Positions 33,199 to 46,759 of a DNA stretch of 64,000 nucleotides are shown here, piece by piece. A program made the position numbers and the translations under genes. Position 1 is the stretch's first letter. Each line of letters starts with the position of its first letter. The stretch lies in the NCBI GenBank assembly GCA_030390025.1, contig CM059438.1, positions 64,606,001 through 64,670,000 on the forward strand, read 5' to 3'. The notes under the pieces were generated by a model. It saw nothing but the letters and a program-made list of their open reading frames with translations, searched no databases and was not told the DNA's origin. The stretch comes from Squalus acanthias (Eukaryota).

Positions 33199-36026
33199 AG
33201 AGAGGGAGGAAGGGAGCAAAGCCACAGTTAAAAGGAGGCGGCTTCTTAAAGCACAAAGGGAAGGATTTTGAGAGGGAATTTCCTGAAGTGAGGGCCCTAG
33301 TGGCTGTTGAGTAGCCACTGGTGGTGAAATGAGGGTACGAGAAGGAGGCTCATGTCAAAGAAGCGGAGCAGTGCACGCCAGGTTGATGAGCAGCGGGATG
33401 GAAGTGCTTCCGCGAGTCATATAGATTGGCTTCAGTTCTATCAAAATTAAGCTGGAGGAATTTACAACTCATCAAGGTCTGCTTGTTGGACAGGCAGTGG
33501 CAGAGGGTGGCAACAGTCGTGGAATCGAGAGGTGAGGCTGGATGTCACAGGCATGCATGTGGATGCTGACTCCATGCTTACGAATGATGCCACCATGCCT
33601 GACTTTCTGGAAGGTTGGTGATTGTGCACAGAAGCACCAATCTTGCGTTTCTGGAAGAGTTGCACAAATGGTATTCTGAACCAGGTTTGTTTCCTTTGCA
33701 CCCTTGATCTCTACCTGGCCGAAATTCCATTCTCCCAACTGGGACAACCACTTCATTACAAAATTCCACTTATCCCATCTGTTGCATACTAAAGTTTGGG
33801 AACTTGCTCAGGTATCGATTAGGCTTTTCTTTGTTCTGCTTGTCACTTTTTACACATTGCTGCAGTGAATTCCAGTCTATTCCATACAACGGTGTCTGGT
33901 GAAGAATTTAGCTTCCAATAAGAATTGAGACAAAAAAGCAGAATCGATTGGCTGTCAGCATCTTAATGTATTAAGTACGATACAGGACCATTTCAGTCGG
34001 TCAGCCTGGCTTTTTCACTTTGGGCTGAAGCCTTGTCAGCATTCAGAGCCTAAATACATTTTTAAAAATTTATGCTCAAGCGCTGGAGAATGAAATGCTC
34101 TCCAACTTTGCGACTCATTGTCAGCATTAATGAGACATAGGTTTACGCTTACTCGATTCTATCCTGCCAACGTGCTTCAATAGAAACCTTAAACAAGCGT
34201 CATCCACTGGAATACTCGAGATTTTTCCATTTCCCACACCAACCATCCTTGTGATCATGCTGCCAATTGGTGTTGAATTTGTTTTGAAATTACCCAGTGT
34301 CATTTCATCCTGGACCCGTAGAGTTGGCAGGAAAGACGACACTACAATTCCATGACTCTCAACTGGATTGAGAACTGGGTCAATGATTTGAAAAGACAGG
34401 GTGCTGACCCAGTGTACTACTGTGGGAGGCTTCCCGACAGTTATACTCTCATAGGTTACGTCTAAGCCATCATAGGCAACTGATCGTCCATTATGATTAA
34501 GAGGGAAAGTGTAAAGAAGGATTTGTAAATTAGGTAACCTACTGTATTTGCTTCTCGGAATGCTCTGAACGATTTAAGTATTTAACCTATGTGATGGTTT
34601 GAGCAAAGAATTCTTCGGTAGTGTCATTTTTAAGTCAAAAGGTTCAGAATTAGATGGCAGTTACATTTGCAGGAGTCTAATGGTGTTGCTGGGGTAATCA
34701 CATATCAAACCTGTTCATTAATATTAAAATAAACCAGAAAAACACATTCTGGGCAGAAGACTGCAGCCATGGTACTGTGTTGCAGCAGATGTTCCTTGAA
34801 ATGACTCTTGGGTCCATTAATCTTTTACATATTTGCTCTTGAATCAGTGGGAACAATAGTAACTGATAGTCGCTTCAGTTCTGGGTTCATAATAGGTTTC
34901 AATGTGGTCAAATGGCCAAGATCCATATAACTGATGTCTGATGATATTGACATTGAAGAATTCATGGATCGATACTAATCAGCTTATTAAGTGATAATGA
35001 CCAGAATAACACATTCACCATGCATTATACAGTAGAAAAAATGATTCAGTTTTGGATTGATCAAACCTGTCAGACCTAAACACTTTTGCTGTTAAAACAA
35101 CGACGACACCTTGCCTTTATATAGCACTTTTAACATGGTGAAACGTCCCAAGGCGCTTCACAGGGGCGTTATCAAACAAAATTTGACATCTGGGAAAAGA
35201 AGACGGGGGACAAATTGAATTGCAACCAAGTTTGCTGAAGGAAGAGTCATGAGGAGCCATTGGTGAGGCATCAAGTCAATATTCTCCCCATACTAGTGCC
35301 ACCAAGGATCAGTCTGATGATTTCAAATTGTCAAGTCTCGTACATGTTTTTCATTGACTTGATGCCGCTTGTTTCTGATTTCCTAAAGTTTCTACTGTTA
35401 CCTTGTTGCAGTCTTAGCACATCATGTTTGTACGTTCACACCAAAGGCCAGAGATTAAAGGCTGGTCTCTAAACCATTCTGCCATCTAGTCTACATATCG
35501 TTTTTTGATAACTGCATGACAAGAGAATGCAATTCGATTAAAAGCACTACAAAGACCATCTGTAATTTTAGTGATGCAAATTTTACTGAGCTTCTTCCGT
35601 TTGTCTGTAGAAATAGTGATTTTTAAAAAATCGTTGAAGTAGCCTGCAGCTATGTAGACAAAGTATTAGCTTTTTGAGAGTTGTTTTTTCATGTCTTTTA
35701 TGCAAAAGATGATCCAAGTTCTAAAAGAAATGCTCCTTGGAAAGCTGCAAAGCTTCATTAATTCTCTATCATCGTTATCCAAATCATTGCTGAGCCTGTA
35801 ATGCTGATGTTGGCATCTGTGCAAACATAAATTATTAGCATCAGCGTCATGGAGCCAGTGATATTACCACGTAAGACAAATGAGCTAAATGTAGAATCAT
35901 CGTTAAAAGGATCTTTACGGTTAGTGACAGAGTCAAAATTGATCTATTTGTCTTATTAATAAATTAATCACAATTTAACCACAGTACTTGTACTTGGGTT
36001 GCACAAAAGAACAGTTAGTAAGTACA

Positions 36027-36425
36027 ACATAGAATCATAGCATGATACAGCGCAGAAGGAGGCAATTTGGCCCATCGTGCCTGTGCCGGCTCTTTGGAAG
36101 CCATTCGATTAGTCCCATTCGTCTGCTCTTTCCCCATAGCCCTGCAAAATATTCCCTTTCAAGTATTTATCCAATTCCCTTTCAAAAGTTATTATTGAAT
36201 CTGCTTTCACCACCCTATCAGACAGTGCAATCCAGATCATAACAACACACTGGCTGAAATAAATTCTCCTCATCACCCCTCTGGTTCTTTTGCCAATTAC
36301 TTAAATCTGCGTCCTCTGGTTACTGATCTTCCTGGCAGTGGAAAGAGTTTCTCCTTCTTTATAAAAACCCTTCATGATTTTGAACACCTCCATTAAATCT
36401 CCCCTTAACCTTCTCTGCTCTAAGC
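36027..36425 (-). mobile_element. CR1 3' fragment
   Basis: CATAGAATCATAG tail and colinearity with other CR1 3' ends. Confidence 0.8.
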
Positions 36426-36447
36426 ATCATCTAAACATCCAAGCATC

Positions 36448-38200
36448 ATTTTTTTTTTATTGGATATGGACATCGCTAGCAAGGCCAGCATTTATTGCCC
36501 ATCCCTAATTGCCCTTCAGAAGGTGGTGGTGAGCCGCCTTCTTGAACCGCTGCAGTCCGTGTGGTGAAGGTACTCCCACAGTGCTGTTAGGTAGGGATTT
36601 CCAGGATTTTGACCCAGCGACAATGAAGGATCAGCGATATACTTCCAAGTCAGGATGGTGAGTGACTTGGAGGTGAACTTGGACGTGGTGGTGTTCCCAT
36701 GCGCCTGCTGCCATTGTCCTTCTAGGTGGAAGAGGTCGCGGGTTTGGGAGGTGCTGCAGAAGAAGCCTTGGTGAGTTGCTGCAATGCATCTTGTAGATGG
36801 TACACACTGCAGCCACGGTACACCGCTGGTGGAGGGAGTGAATGTTTAAGGTGGTGGATGGGGTGCCAATCAAGTGGGCTGCTTTGTCCTGGATGGTGTC
36901 GAGCTTCTTGAGTGTTGTTGGAGCTGCACTCATCCAGACAAGTGGAGAGTATTCCATCACACTCCTTACTTGTGCCTTGCAGATGGTGGAAAGGCTTTGG
37001 AGGAGTCAGGAGGTGAGACACTCGCTGCAGAATACCTAGCCTCTGACCTGCTCTTGTTGCTACAGTATTTATGTGGCTGGTCCAGTTAGGTTTCTGGTCA
37101 ATGGTGACCCCAGGATGTTGATGGTGGGGGATTCGGCGATGGTAATGCCGTTGAATGTCAAGGGGCGGTGGTTAGACTCTCGCTTGTTGGAGATAGTCAT
37201 TGCCTGGCACTTCTGTGGCGCGAATGTTACCTGCCACTTATCAGTCCAAGCCTGACCGTCATCCAGGTCTCATTGCATTCGGGCATGGACTGCTTCATTA
37301 TATGAGGAGTTGTGAATGGCACTGAACACTGTGCAGTCATCATCAGCCAACATCCCCATTTCTGACATTATGTTGGAGGGAAGGTCGTTGATGAAGCAGC
37401 TGAAGATGTTGGACCTAGGACACTGCCCTGAGGAACTCCTGCAGCGATGTCCTGGGGCTGTGATGATTGACCTTCAACCACCACAACCATCTTCCTTTGA
37501 CCTATATATGACTCCAGCCAGTGGAGAGTTTTTTCTCCCCGATTCCCATTGACTTCAGTTTTACTAGGGCTCCTTGATGCCACACTCAGTCAAATGCTGC
37601 CTTGATGTCAAGGGCAGTCACTCTCACCTTACCTCTGGAATTCAGCTTCTTTGTCCATGTTTGGACCAAGGCTGTAATGAGGTCGGGAGGCGAGTGGTCT
37701 TAGCGGAACCCAAACTGGGCATTAGTGAGCAGGTTATTGGTGAATAAGTGCCGCTTGATAGCACTGTCGATGACACCTTCCATCACTTTGCTAATGATTG
37801 CGAGTAGACTGATGGGGCGGTAATTGGCCGGATTGGATTTGTCCTGGTTTTTTGTGGACAGGACATACCTGGGAAGTTTTCCGCATTGGCGGGTAGATGC
37901 CAGTGTTGCAGCTGTACTGGAACAGCTTGGCTAGAGGCATGGCTAGTTCTGGAGCATAAGTCTTCAGCCCGTTAGCCGGGATGTTGTCGGGGCCCATAGC
38001 CTTTGCTGTATCCAGTGCGCTCAGCCATTTCTTGATGTCACGTGGAGTGAATCGAATTGGCTGAAGACTGGCTTCTGTGATGGTGGGGACCTCAGGAGGA
38101 GGCTGATATGGATCATCCACTCGGCACTTCTGGCTGAAGATGGTTGCTAACGCTTCAGCCTTGTCTTTCGCACTCATGTGCTGGGCTCCACCATCATTGC
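36448..38200 (-). mobile_element. CR1-group LINE (same family as 32029-33198), inverted
   Basis: KAMGPDNIP, LAMPLAKLFQYS, GVPQGSVLGP, MEYSPLVW; poly-T at 36448. Confidence 0.92.
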
Positions 38201-39242
38201 AACTAAATGAGTGCAGATTGCAGCAACTTCAGAAAATCCTACCCTGGGATGGCATTAACTACACATTTGGATATGAAGGAGTGCCACAAGACATTGAGTG
38301 AGGTGAATGTTAAATAAATGCCATTCCTAAAAGACTGAAAGATCTGTTTTCACCATGCCCACATCGTTTAAAATCCTTGCTGCTGTGATGTGAATTAGCC
38401 AGAGGTTCATCCCTCTGCACCCTCCGCCCCCCCCCCCCCCACCGCAACACCCCCACCCCCCATCCGCTATCTCCTCCATTGTTTTAGTCTAAGGTAAATG
38501 GAGTTAAGAACGAGATCAGCCACGATCTAATTGAATGGCGGAACAGGCTCGAGGGGCTGAACGGCCTACTCCTGTTCCTAGGTACAATTCCCCATTGCAT
38601 TTGGAAAAGAATCTGGATCTTGAATTGGGGATGGGGTGGGGGTGGGGAGGAGGAGGCAATGTGGGATGGGGGTGAGTGATGGCTGGCAGCAGCCAACAGT
38701 TTTAATGTGGAGCTGGGAGGACCAGTCCTGCTCCTCCTGTCTCCACATTAAGGTCAGTTTTATTAAAAAAATAACTTGAAACTTACCTTTTTGGGTGGCA
38801 GCCTCCAGCGGTCCCTGGAAGAACCGTTGGTTTGGCTGCTGTGCACCTCAGAAAACTGGCCACAGCATGCATGGTGCATGCTATGGCCCGTCACAAACAA
38901 ATTTCACAAAGGCACCTGTAACAGGCGCTAGGTCCCCGATTTGCATATGCAATGCACCTATGGTCAGTTTCAGGCAGAACCGCTAGATGACAACAGGACT
39001 CCCTCGCCAATATGTCATGTGGCCCACATCCAACACAGAATGAGCACGCACACGCACACGCACGCTTCCCGCCATATCGTACCCTTAGGCATTTATTTTA
39101 CAGGCACCGCGCAATCGAGTTTCTACACCTAACTGACTACCCTGGAAATGTCAACTTGTATTTTTATTTTGAAATGCTAATTGCTGCTCTACTTTTTCAG
39201 CAGTTTCTGTTCTTAGTCAAAATTTCCAGTATTTGCAGTTTC

Positions 39243-40100
39243 ATAGGAAAATAGGAACAGGACTAGGCCATTCAGCCCCTTGAACCGGTTCCGCCATTCA
39301 ATTAGATAATGGCTGATCTGTATTTTCATTCCATTTACCCGCCTTGGTTCCCTATCTTGCCTGACAAAAATCTATTGACGTGTTCAATTGAACTGGCCTC
39401 AACAGCCTTTTGGAGAAGAGAGTTCCAGATTTGTTGTACCCTTTGTGTAAAGAAGTTGTACAGGGCCTTGGTGAAACCACACCTGGAGTACTGTGTGCAA
39501 TTTTGGTCTCCTTACCTAAGAAAGGATATACTTGCCAGAGAGGGAGTGCAGCGAAGGTTCACCAGACTGATTCCTGGGATGGCAGGACTGTTGTATGAGG
39601 AGAGATTGGGTCGACTAGGCTTGTATTCACTAGGGTTTAGAAGAATGAGAGGGGATCTCATTGAAACGTATAAAATTCTGACAGGGCTAGACAGACTGGA
39701 TGCAGGGAGGATGTTTCCCCTGGCTGGGGGTCTAGAACGAGGGGGTCACAGTCTCAGGATACGGGGTAGGACATTTAGGACTGAGATGAGGAGCAATTTC
39801 TTCACTCAGACGGTGGTGAACCTGTGGAATTCTCTACCACAGAAGGCTGTGGAGGCCAAGTCACTGAATATATTTAAGAAGGAGATAGATAGATTTCTAG
39901 ACACAAAAGGCATCAAGGGGTATTGGGAGAGAGCGGGAATATGGTATTGAGATGGAGGATCAGCCATGATCATATTGAATGGCGAAGTAGGCTCGAAGGG
40001 CCGAATGGCCTACTCCTGCTCCTATTTTTCTATGTTTCTATGTTCGAAGTGCTTTCTGACATTACCCTGAACAGCCTGGCTCTAATTGTAAGGTTGTCCT
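39243..40100 (-). mobile_element. Older CR1 3' fragment interrupted by a younger CR1
   Basis: Minus-strand CR1 3' end at 39243-39456 resumes at 40046. Confidence 0.75.
39457..40045 (+). mobile_element. Young CR1 3' fragment
   Basis: Open peptide LYRALVKPHLEYCVQFWSPYLRKD...; TSD GAAGT (39452-39456 and 40046-40050). Confidence 0.92.
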
Positions 40101-40729
40101 CTCTCTAGTTTGGGATAATTTTGTTTTAGATAGTTAGTTGTGTCTACCAATTTCAAAACTTCTGTTTCTATAACTGTAACACATTATTTGTACATAAAAA
40201 GTAAACTTTGCACTTTGTTGAATAGGCATCCAGTTAGTTTTGAGGCAGTTATACTTTCAAGATTTTTCCAATAATATGCTGTTGGAATTTTTACAGAACA
40301 TATTTTGAAACTGAAAGAGGGCAGCAATTTATAAAACTGTTCAAATCTATCTCCTGGTACCAGAGATAGTGCGAGAGATGTATATCCATGAGTTAAATAG
40401 ACAACTGTCTACTCTGCAATGAGAATAAACTCTCAAGAAATAAGGGCAATTTGGTTAACCTTGCACATCAGTGTGTGAGTCATAAATCATGTCAATTATG
40501 TCTTCCTCACTCAAAGTTATCACTTGAATTTTAATCACGAGAACTGAATCCAACTGTGCTACTTAATTTTATGATTCGGATTAAGGTGGTAGAGTAAATG
40601 GAACCACTGCCGACACTGCATTTCATTAATTTGATCAGCGGCGTACCTCAAATCCAGACTCTAGATTCCACTGTAGAATTAAACTCATCAAACTCTCTTC
40701 ATCTTAAAACCTTAATCCCATTCTTTAAT

Positions 40730-41480
40730 GTAAAAGATCCCATTGCCAATATTCGAATGAGAGCAAGGGGTTATCCTGGTGTCCTCTACAACATTTCTCC
40801 TTCAACCAACATGACTAAAAGCAGATTATCTGGTTATTAATTCATTTGCCATTTGTAGCATGTTTTGCGCAAAATTGGTAGCCATTTTTTGCCTACATAT
40901 CCACAGTAGCTGCCCTTCAAAAGTAATTAATTGGCTGTAAAGTGCTTTGGGAAATAAAGGGTCCTGAGGATGTGAAAAGTGCTCTATAAATGGCAGTTCT
41001 TTCTTTCTTTATCGCATTAGGTGCATAAACCTTTCACAAGAACACTGACTGATGCACTTTAACCTCCCAAATTGCCTTTGAGTCAGAATTGTAGGTTAAA
41101 ACCACTCTCCAGGACATAAGTACATAATCTCCATACTTGGGCAATACTGAGAGAGCATCGCATTGTCAAAGGGCTTCAGATGGAGCATTGAACGAAGCCC
41201 CTGTCTGCCTGTTCCTTGCGGTTCGGGTTGACATTAAAGATCCCTTGGCGGCATTTGAAGAAGAATGAAGGCGTTCTCTATGTGCCTTGCCCAACATTCC
41301 TTCCTCAGTCAACATTGTCCAAAAACAGATGAACTGATCATTCATTTCATTTGCAGCTGGTAAGATCTAGCTGCACACAAAATGGCTCCGCATTGCCGAT
41401 ATAAGAAAAGTCACTGCATTTCAAAGCAATTCACTGTCGGTGAAGCACTTGGTCATTTTTCGGAGCCATGGTGAGACACG
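40730..41480 (+). mobile_element. Two adjacent degenerate DeuSINE copies
   Basis: Diverged Deu core and tail at about 40730-41010 and 41070-41480. Confidence 0.65.
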
Positions 41481-41794
41481 AATTGATTAGTCGATAAATT
41501 CAGAACATCCGTTTGCATGTTTCATGCCATTAGCATGCTCTCTGTATGCTCTCCAATTACAGGCTACTATGCTAATGCGTTATGTTTAATGACATGTTAT
41601 TGTTTAAAAGCATTCTACTTGATTTGCCTAATTTTGCTGCTTATAATTTAAATAACACACTATATTCATCATAATTCAATTAATAGCCATTTGTAAAATG
41701 AACTGAAAACACCCAAAAAACAACAATAGTTATTGGTAATTATTTGAAATTAATATTTCATTGAGCCTTTCTTCCAATGCTGAGAGTTCTTGCC

Positions 41795-42009
41795 ATGATG
41801 GTGATGACCTGGAATTCGCTGCCGACGGAAGTGGTGGAAGCGGAGACACTCAATGTTTTCAAGGGGAGACTGGATAGGCACTTGAGGGAAAGAAACTTGC
41901 AGGGCTACAGGGAGAGAGCGGGGGAATGGGACTGACTGGATTGCTCCACAGAGAGCCGGCACGGACTCGATGGGCCGAATGGCCTCCTTCTGTGCCGTTA
42001 TGACTCTAT
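41795..42009 (+). mobile_element. CR1 3' fragment
   Basis: TWNSLPTEVVEAETLNVFKGRLDRHL and 3' UTR. Confidence 0.85.
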
Positions 42010-42900
42010 GGGGGAAAAATTCAGTTGGTTGCGCCTCCCATTAGCGCCTTAAGAGGGCGCTAATGGGGCGCAAAGCAACTAGCGCCCGGGCGCAGCGATG
42101 TTTGCACCGCTCGCAAAATTAACTAGACATTTTGCGGCGGCGCTAAACACTACCGCCACGATCTCCTGCGCCGGCAGATCGTGACGCCAGTCGAGTGCGC
42201 AACGCCCCGGTAGCACCCCGGAGCGGATATTGAGTGGTGTCTCCTGCCTTACCGCCTGCCGCTAGCAATGACAGGTTGAGGGGAGCATTTTGCAGTCAGG
42301 AAGGGACTGGGGGAGCGCTATTTAAAGGCGACCGCTTCCTGCCTTTTTTTGTTGGTGACATTTTTGCACCACGCATTCTGAGAGAGAGAGAGAGACTTCT
42401 GGAGAGATTCAACGCTGTGTGAAGGAGTTTTGGGTACTGAGCAGCACTTTGCAGGTTCATTTTGATTTGCCCTTCCTTGCATCTATTTAGAAGAGACTGT
42501 GGGGGCTGCACTCTGAGCTCTTTCCCTGGGCCTCTCCATTGTTCTTTCCAGCAGATTTGATGTACAGGTCTCTCCAGGCCGAGATTCAAGGCTGCAATAA
42601 GCAGGATGTGGCTGGAGAGCAAGATCAACCCTCCCCTTTAAGAACTGGCCGGTGCCATTGTGTCTCTGTTCCATTGCTGACTGACATCACATGAGCTTCG
42701 CCAGCGCTCTGAGGTAGCGCCTCGCTCCTCGGCCTTTACGCCTTAAGATAGGTGTGAAGCGCCTGATTTAGCGCTCCAATCACCTCCAGGGGCGATAAAA
42801 GTCAAGTTTGCAGTCGGAGGTGATAATTAGCGCCAGGTGCTAATCTTTGCGCCCGACCGATAATTGCACCCCAAATGGGGCGATACTGAATTTTTCCCCC
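42010..42900. mobile_element. Harbinger-type MITE, 891 bp, inserted in a CR1 tail
   Basis: Perfect 16-bp TIR GGGGGAAAAATTCAGT / ACTGAATTTTTCCCCC, TSD TAT. Confidence 0.93.
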
Positions 42901-43177
42901 TATAACTCTAATGTTGTTTATTACGGTGACTCTTCTTGCATTGTATGAAGGTTTACCAGCAGCTTTGGTGGAAACATATTACAGTGAAGAATTTCCCCCA
43001 ACCGTTGTTTGAGCTAGCAGCAACTGCTGGGCTGAGCAAGACTGAGGGGGATTTGGACCAGGCTAATGGCAGCCCTTTAGTTTGACATAAATGGTGGGAT
43101 AGAGTTTCGGCACGGTGGCGCTGCTTTGTTCGACGTAATTTGCCCAAAATCGGTGTAACCGGTGCAAAAGATCGTGG

Positions 43178-43660
43178 ATTGAGTAGACTAGGCCTATATA
43201 TTGAGTAGACTAGGCCTATATAGTGAGTAGACTAGGCCTATATATTGAGTAGTCTAGGCCTATATATTGAGTAGACTAGGCCTATATATTGAGTAGACTA
43301 GGCCTATATATTGAGTTTACTAGGCCTATATATTGAGTAGACTAGGCCTATATATTGATAGACTAGGCCTATATATTGAGTAGACTAGGCTTATATATTG
43401 AGTAGTCTAGGCCTATATATTGAGTAGACTAGGCCTATATATTGAGTAGACTAGGCCTATATATTGAGTGGACTGGGCCTGTATATTGAGTAGACTAGGC
43501 CTATATATTGAGTAGTCTAGGCCTATATATTGAGTAGTCTAGGCATATATATTGAGTAGACTCGGCCTAAATATTGAGTAGACTAGGCCTATATATTGAG
43601 TGGACTAGGCCTGTATATTGAGTGGACTAGGCCTATAAATTGAGTAGACTAGGCCTATAT
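43178..43660 (+). repeat. Minisatellite, unit ATTGAGTAGACTAGGCCTATAT (22 bp), about 22 copies
   Basis: Head-to-tail units with few substitutions and no spacers; last unit continues into CR1. Confidence 0.97.
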
Positions 43661-44075
43661 TCTCTAGAATTTAAAAGAATGAGAGTTGATCTCATTGAAA
43701 CATATAAAATTCTTACAGGGCTTGACAGGGTAGATGCAGGGAGGATGTTTCCCCTGGCTGGGGAGTCTAGAACCAGGGATCACAGTCTCAGAATAAGGGG
43801 TCGGCCATTTAGGACTGAGATGAGGAGAAATGTCTTCACACAGCCGGTGGTGAATCTTTGGAATTCTCTACCCCAGAGGGCTGTGGAGGATCAGTCATTG
43901 AATATATTCAAGACAGAGATCGATAGATTTTTGGATATTAAGGGAATCAAGGGATATGGGGATAGTGCAGGAAAGTGGAGATGAGGTAGAAGATCAGCCA
44001 TGATCTCATTGAATGGTGGAGCAAGCTCGAAGGGCCAAATGGCCTACTCCTGCTCCTATTCCTTATGTTCTTATG
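43639..44075 (+). mobile_element. Young CR1 3' fragment
   Basis: LSRLGLYSLEFKRMRVDLIETYKILTGLD...; (TTATGTTC)n tail. Confidence 0.93.
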
Positions 44076-44874
44076 AATTTTAAGCACAAATTACGTCCAG
44101 CGCAATTCGAGTTTCTTTTGCGCTAGTTTAAAAAATATCGCGCTTGAAGTCGGCCCTGCTCACAAAATTGACCACACGGCCCCAGGGTGAATTAATCACC
44201 ACGGCGAGTTTCCATTCATTGCGCTCGTTTGCGGGTCTTCGAGGAGGCTCTAAAAATGTAGCTGGTTCTTTTGGGCGTAAGGACACTAATAGGCACGTTT
44301 TAAAAGATTTTGAATTTTTTAAATAAGTTTACTAAGAAACTGACTACTGTATCCCAATATAACTCGCAAATTGGTTCTGTATATTTTTTAAAGGTCAATT
44401 TCAGTAAATTAAAATTGTGTTACTCACAGGTGGTGAATTGACACTGTGATTAAAAACGCTTATTTTTTGTGATAAACCCATTTTCAGCTGTATTAGTCAA
44501 ACTGCACCAGGTTACCACTCTTAAATGTATCAATAAATATTTTTTGAAGTAATTGTTTTTAAATTACATTTTAAAACACTGCTCGATTGAGCTGGTTCAT
44601 GGTACATTTTGTGCTTGGCGATATGCAAATGAGTTTGAGCTGAAACTCGAGAAAAAAACACTTCTCAAAACGGGCACAATTTTGGCCGCAATCGGTGCCG
44701 GAATCACCGATTGCGCCCAAAGTGGAAACTCTTGCCGGTGTCTTTATCACCCTCTCAAACATCAACTTGCACTGGAATCTCATCAGTTTCCAAAATAGGT
44801 GCACCCACTTCACCCTATTAAAAAGAAAGAGCGAGCTTGCACTTAAATAATGCCTTTCACATTCTGAAGACATG

Positions 44875-45226
44875 GGCCGGGATTTTCCTGTTTCCCACCC
44901 GCATGGTGTGGGGGGACCCGGTAGACGGCGGGAAACTCGGAGTTCCAGCCGTCACGTTGCAGCTACTGGGAATCCCGAGCCCCGGAATCCCCGGCCGCCT
45001 GCAGTTAAACCTGCGCAGCAGGTTAAAGTAGAGGCTTCAGGCCTCATTATCATATTTAAATTGCCGACCCGTCTCTTGGCAGCGGGTTGGCTGCCCCTCA
45101 ACCCCCCGCCCATCCCGCCTCAGTAAAAGGTGAAAGTGAACGGGTTGGGGTCGGGTTTTAGATTTTTCCAACTTTCACTTCACCCCGCATCCAACCCACC
45201 TGTTTTATCCTGTGAAAATTCACCCC
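44875..45226. mobile_element. Short Harbinger-type MITE
   Basis: Ends GGCCGGGATTTT / AAAATTCACCCC; flanks ATG/GTG (one transition). Confidence 0.65.
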
Positions 45227-45704
45227 GTGTTTTCCATGCAGTTACTGTTGTTATGTAGACAAACGTTGCACACAGCATGGTCCCAAAAACAGCAAATTAG
45301 ATAAATAATTAGTTAATCTGTTTTTTGGGTGGTGTTAGTTAAAGGATAAATGTAGGCCAGAATAGGTCCCCTGCTGTTTCTTTAAATAGTGCCATTATAG
45401 CTACCTGAACATGGTTTAAAAACTCATATGAAAGATAGCAAGGCTGGCAATGCTTTTTAGTCAAAAGAGACAGCAACCATGTTTACTGCGTGCATAACAT
45501 CAAAAACTATGTTTTTCTTTGGTCCTTAACATGGTGGAGCTCCTTGCCTCCCTCATTCTTTTCTCCTTCCAACAATCTACGGGCTGTTAAATCCGAGTTT
45601 GGCTTTATCTAATCACTACCACATACGAACATACGAAAATGATGGGCAGGAAAAGGCTAGCTGGTCCATAGAGACTGGCCCACACTCATGATGGCTGGAA
45701 CATC

Positions 45705-45928
45705 CTGTTCTGGGCACCGCACCTCAGGAAGGTTATATTGGCCTTGGAGGGGGTGCAGCGCAAATTCAACAGAATTATAATGGGGCTAAAAGGGTTAAAT
45801 TATGAGGACAGGTTGCATAGACGAGGCTTGTATTCCCTCGAGTATAGAAGATTAAGGGGTGATTTAATCAAGGTGTTTAAAATAATTAAAGGATTTGATA
45901 GGGTAAATAGAAAGAAACTATTTCCTCC
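45705..45928 (+). mobile_element. CR1 internal fragment
   Basis: ALEGVQRKFNRII...YEDRLHRRGLYSLEYRRLRGDLI. Confidence 0.85.
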
Positions 45929-46172
45929 GTGTGAAGAACTCAGTGATGACAATTCTGATTGGAACCTATGTCTCGTGGTCCTACTCTCACAATTTAAATC
46001 AGAGTAATATTCCAGATTTACCTTTGCCACACTATTTACCATCTTTTGGGAGAGGGAGGCTCAGGAGACGGACGCCGAAATTGTCATTAGCCCCTTTAGA
46101 ACTAAAAGAAAATCTCAATTAAAAAAATCTGTTTTCTTCAGCAAAGAAACTATGATCACACATGCCATTGTG

Positions 46173-46249
46173 AGAAGTCGCACAACACCAGGTTATAGTC
46201 CAACAGTTTTATTTGAAATCACAAGCTTTCGGAGCTGCTGCTCCTTCGT
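46173..46249 (-). mobile_element. Penelope-like end fragment (about 77 bp) with partial hammerhead motif
   Basis: Matches about 4828-4903; TSD CATGCCATTGTG (46161-46172 and 46250-46261). Confidence 0.9.
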
Positions 46250-46759
46250 CATGCCATTGTGCACAAGTCCTGTCTGTCCACACAACTCTTAATAGAAAAT
46301 AGCATTGATTAATAAACTTACATAAGCCTCTGAAATTAAGATTTGAGAATTTAATCGTCAGTTTCTTTCAAAGTAATGTGGAAAAATCTAGAAACTCTCA
46401 AACCCTCACAGGATGAGGAGGAACATATTTGACCCTTCAACTTCTGTTCAGGCACACATTATGTGCTAAGACATTCTCGAAACTGCACATGCTCACTAAG
46501 CACAGATGTGGTTAGAAGCTCTCCAACTGTTGCAAGATCAAAATATCTTCTCAAAGCCCAGGCTTTTAAACACAAGAATGAAGGTGTTAAAACACAATTC
46601 AGTTGGGCATTATGAAATATGTATTTAGAAAAAAAATATTGTTGTAAGTATAATTTTGGATATTAAAAATGTTGTTTACTGGGGAAAAAGGTCAGATGAT
46701 TTTGTTTTCAACAAAAGCGTTTTTCATTTGTTCATCAGTCAGAAAGACTGCAAGCTTTT

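Noticed and set aside
43178..43660. Regular short repeats suggesting a CRISPR array
   Set aside because: No unique spacers, no cas genes, eukaryotic context; the unit is CR1 sequence.
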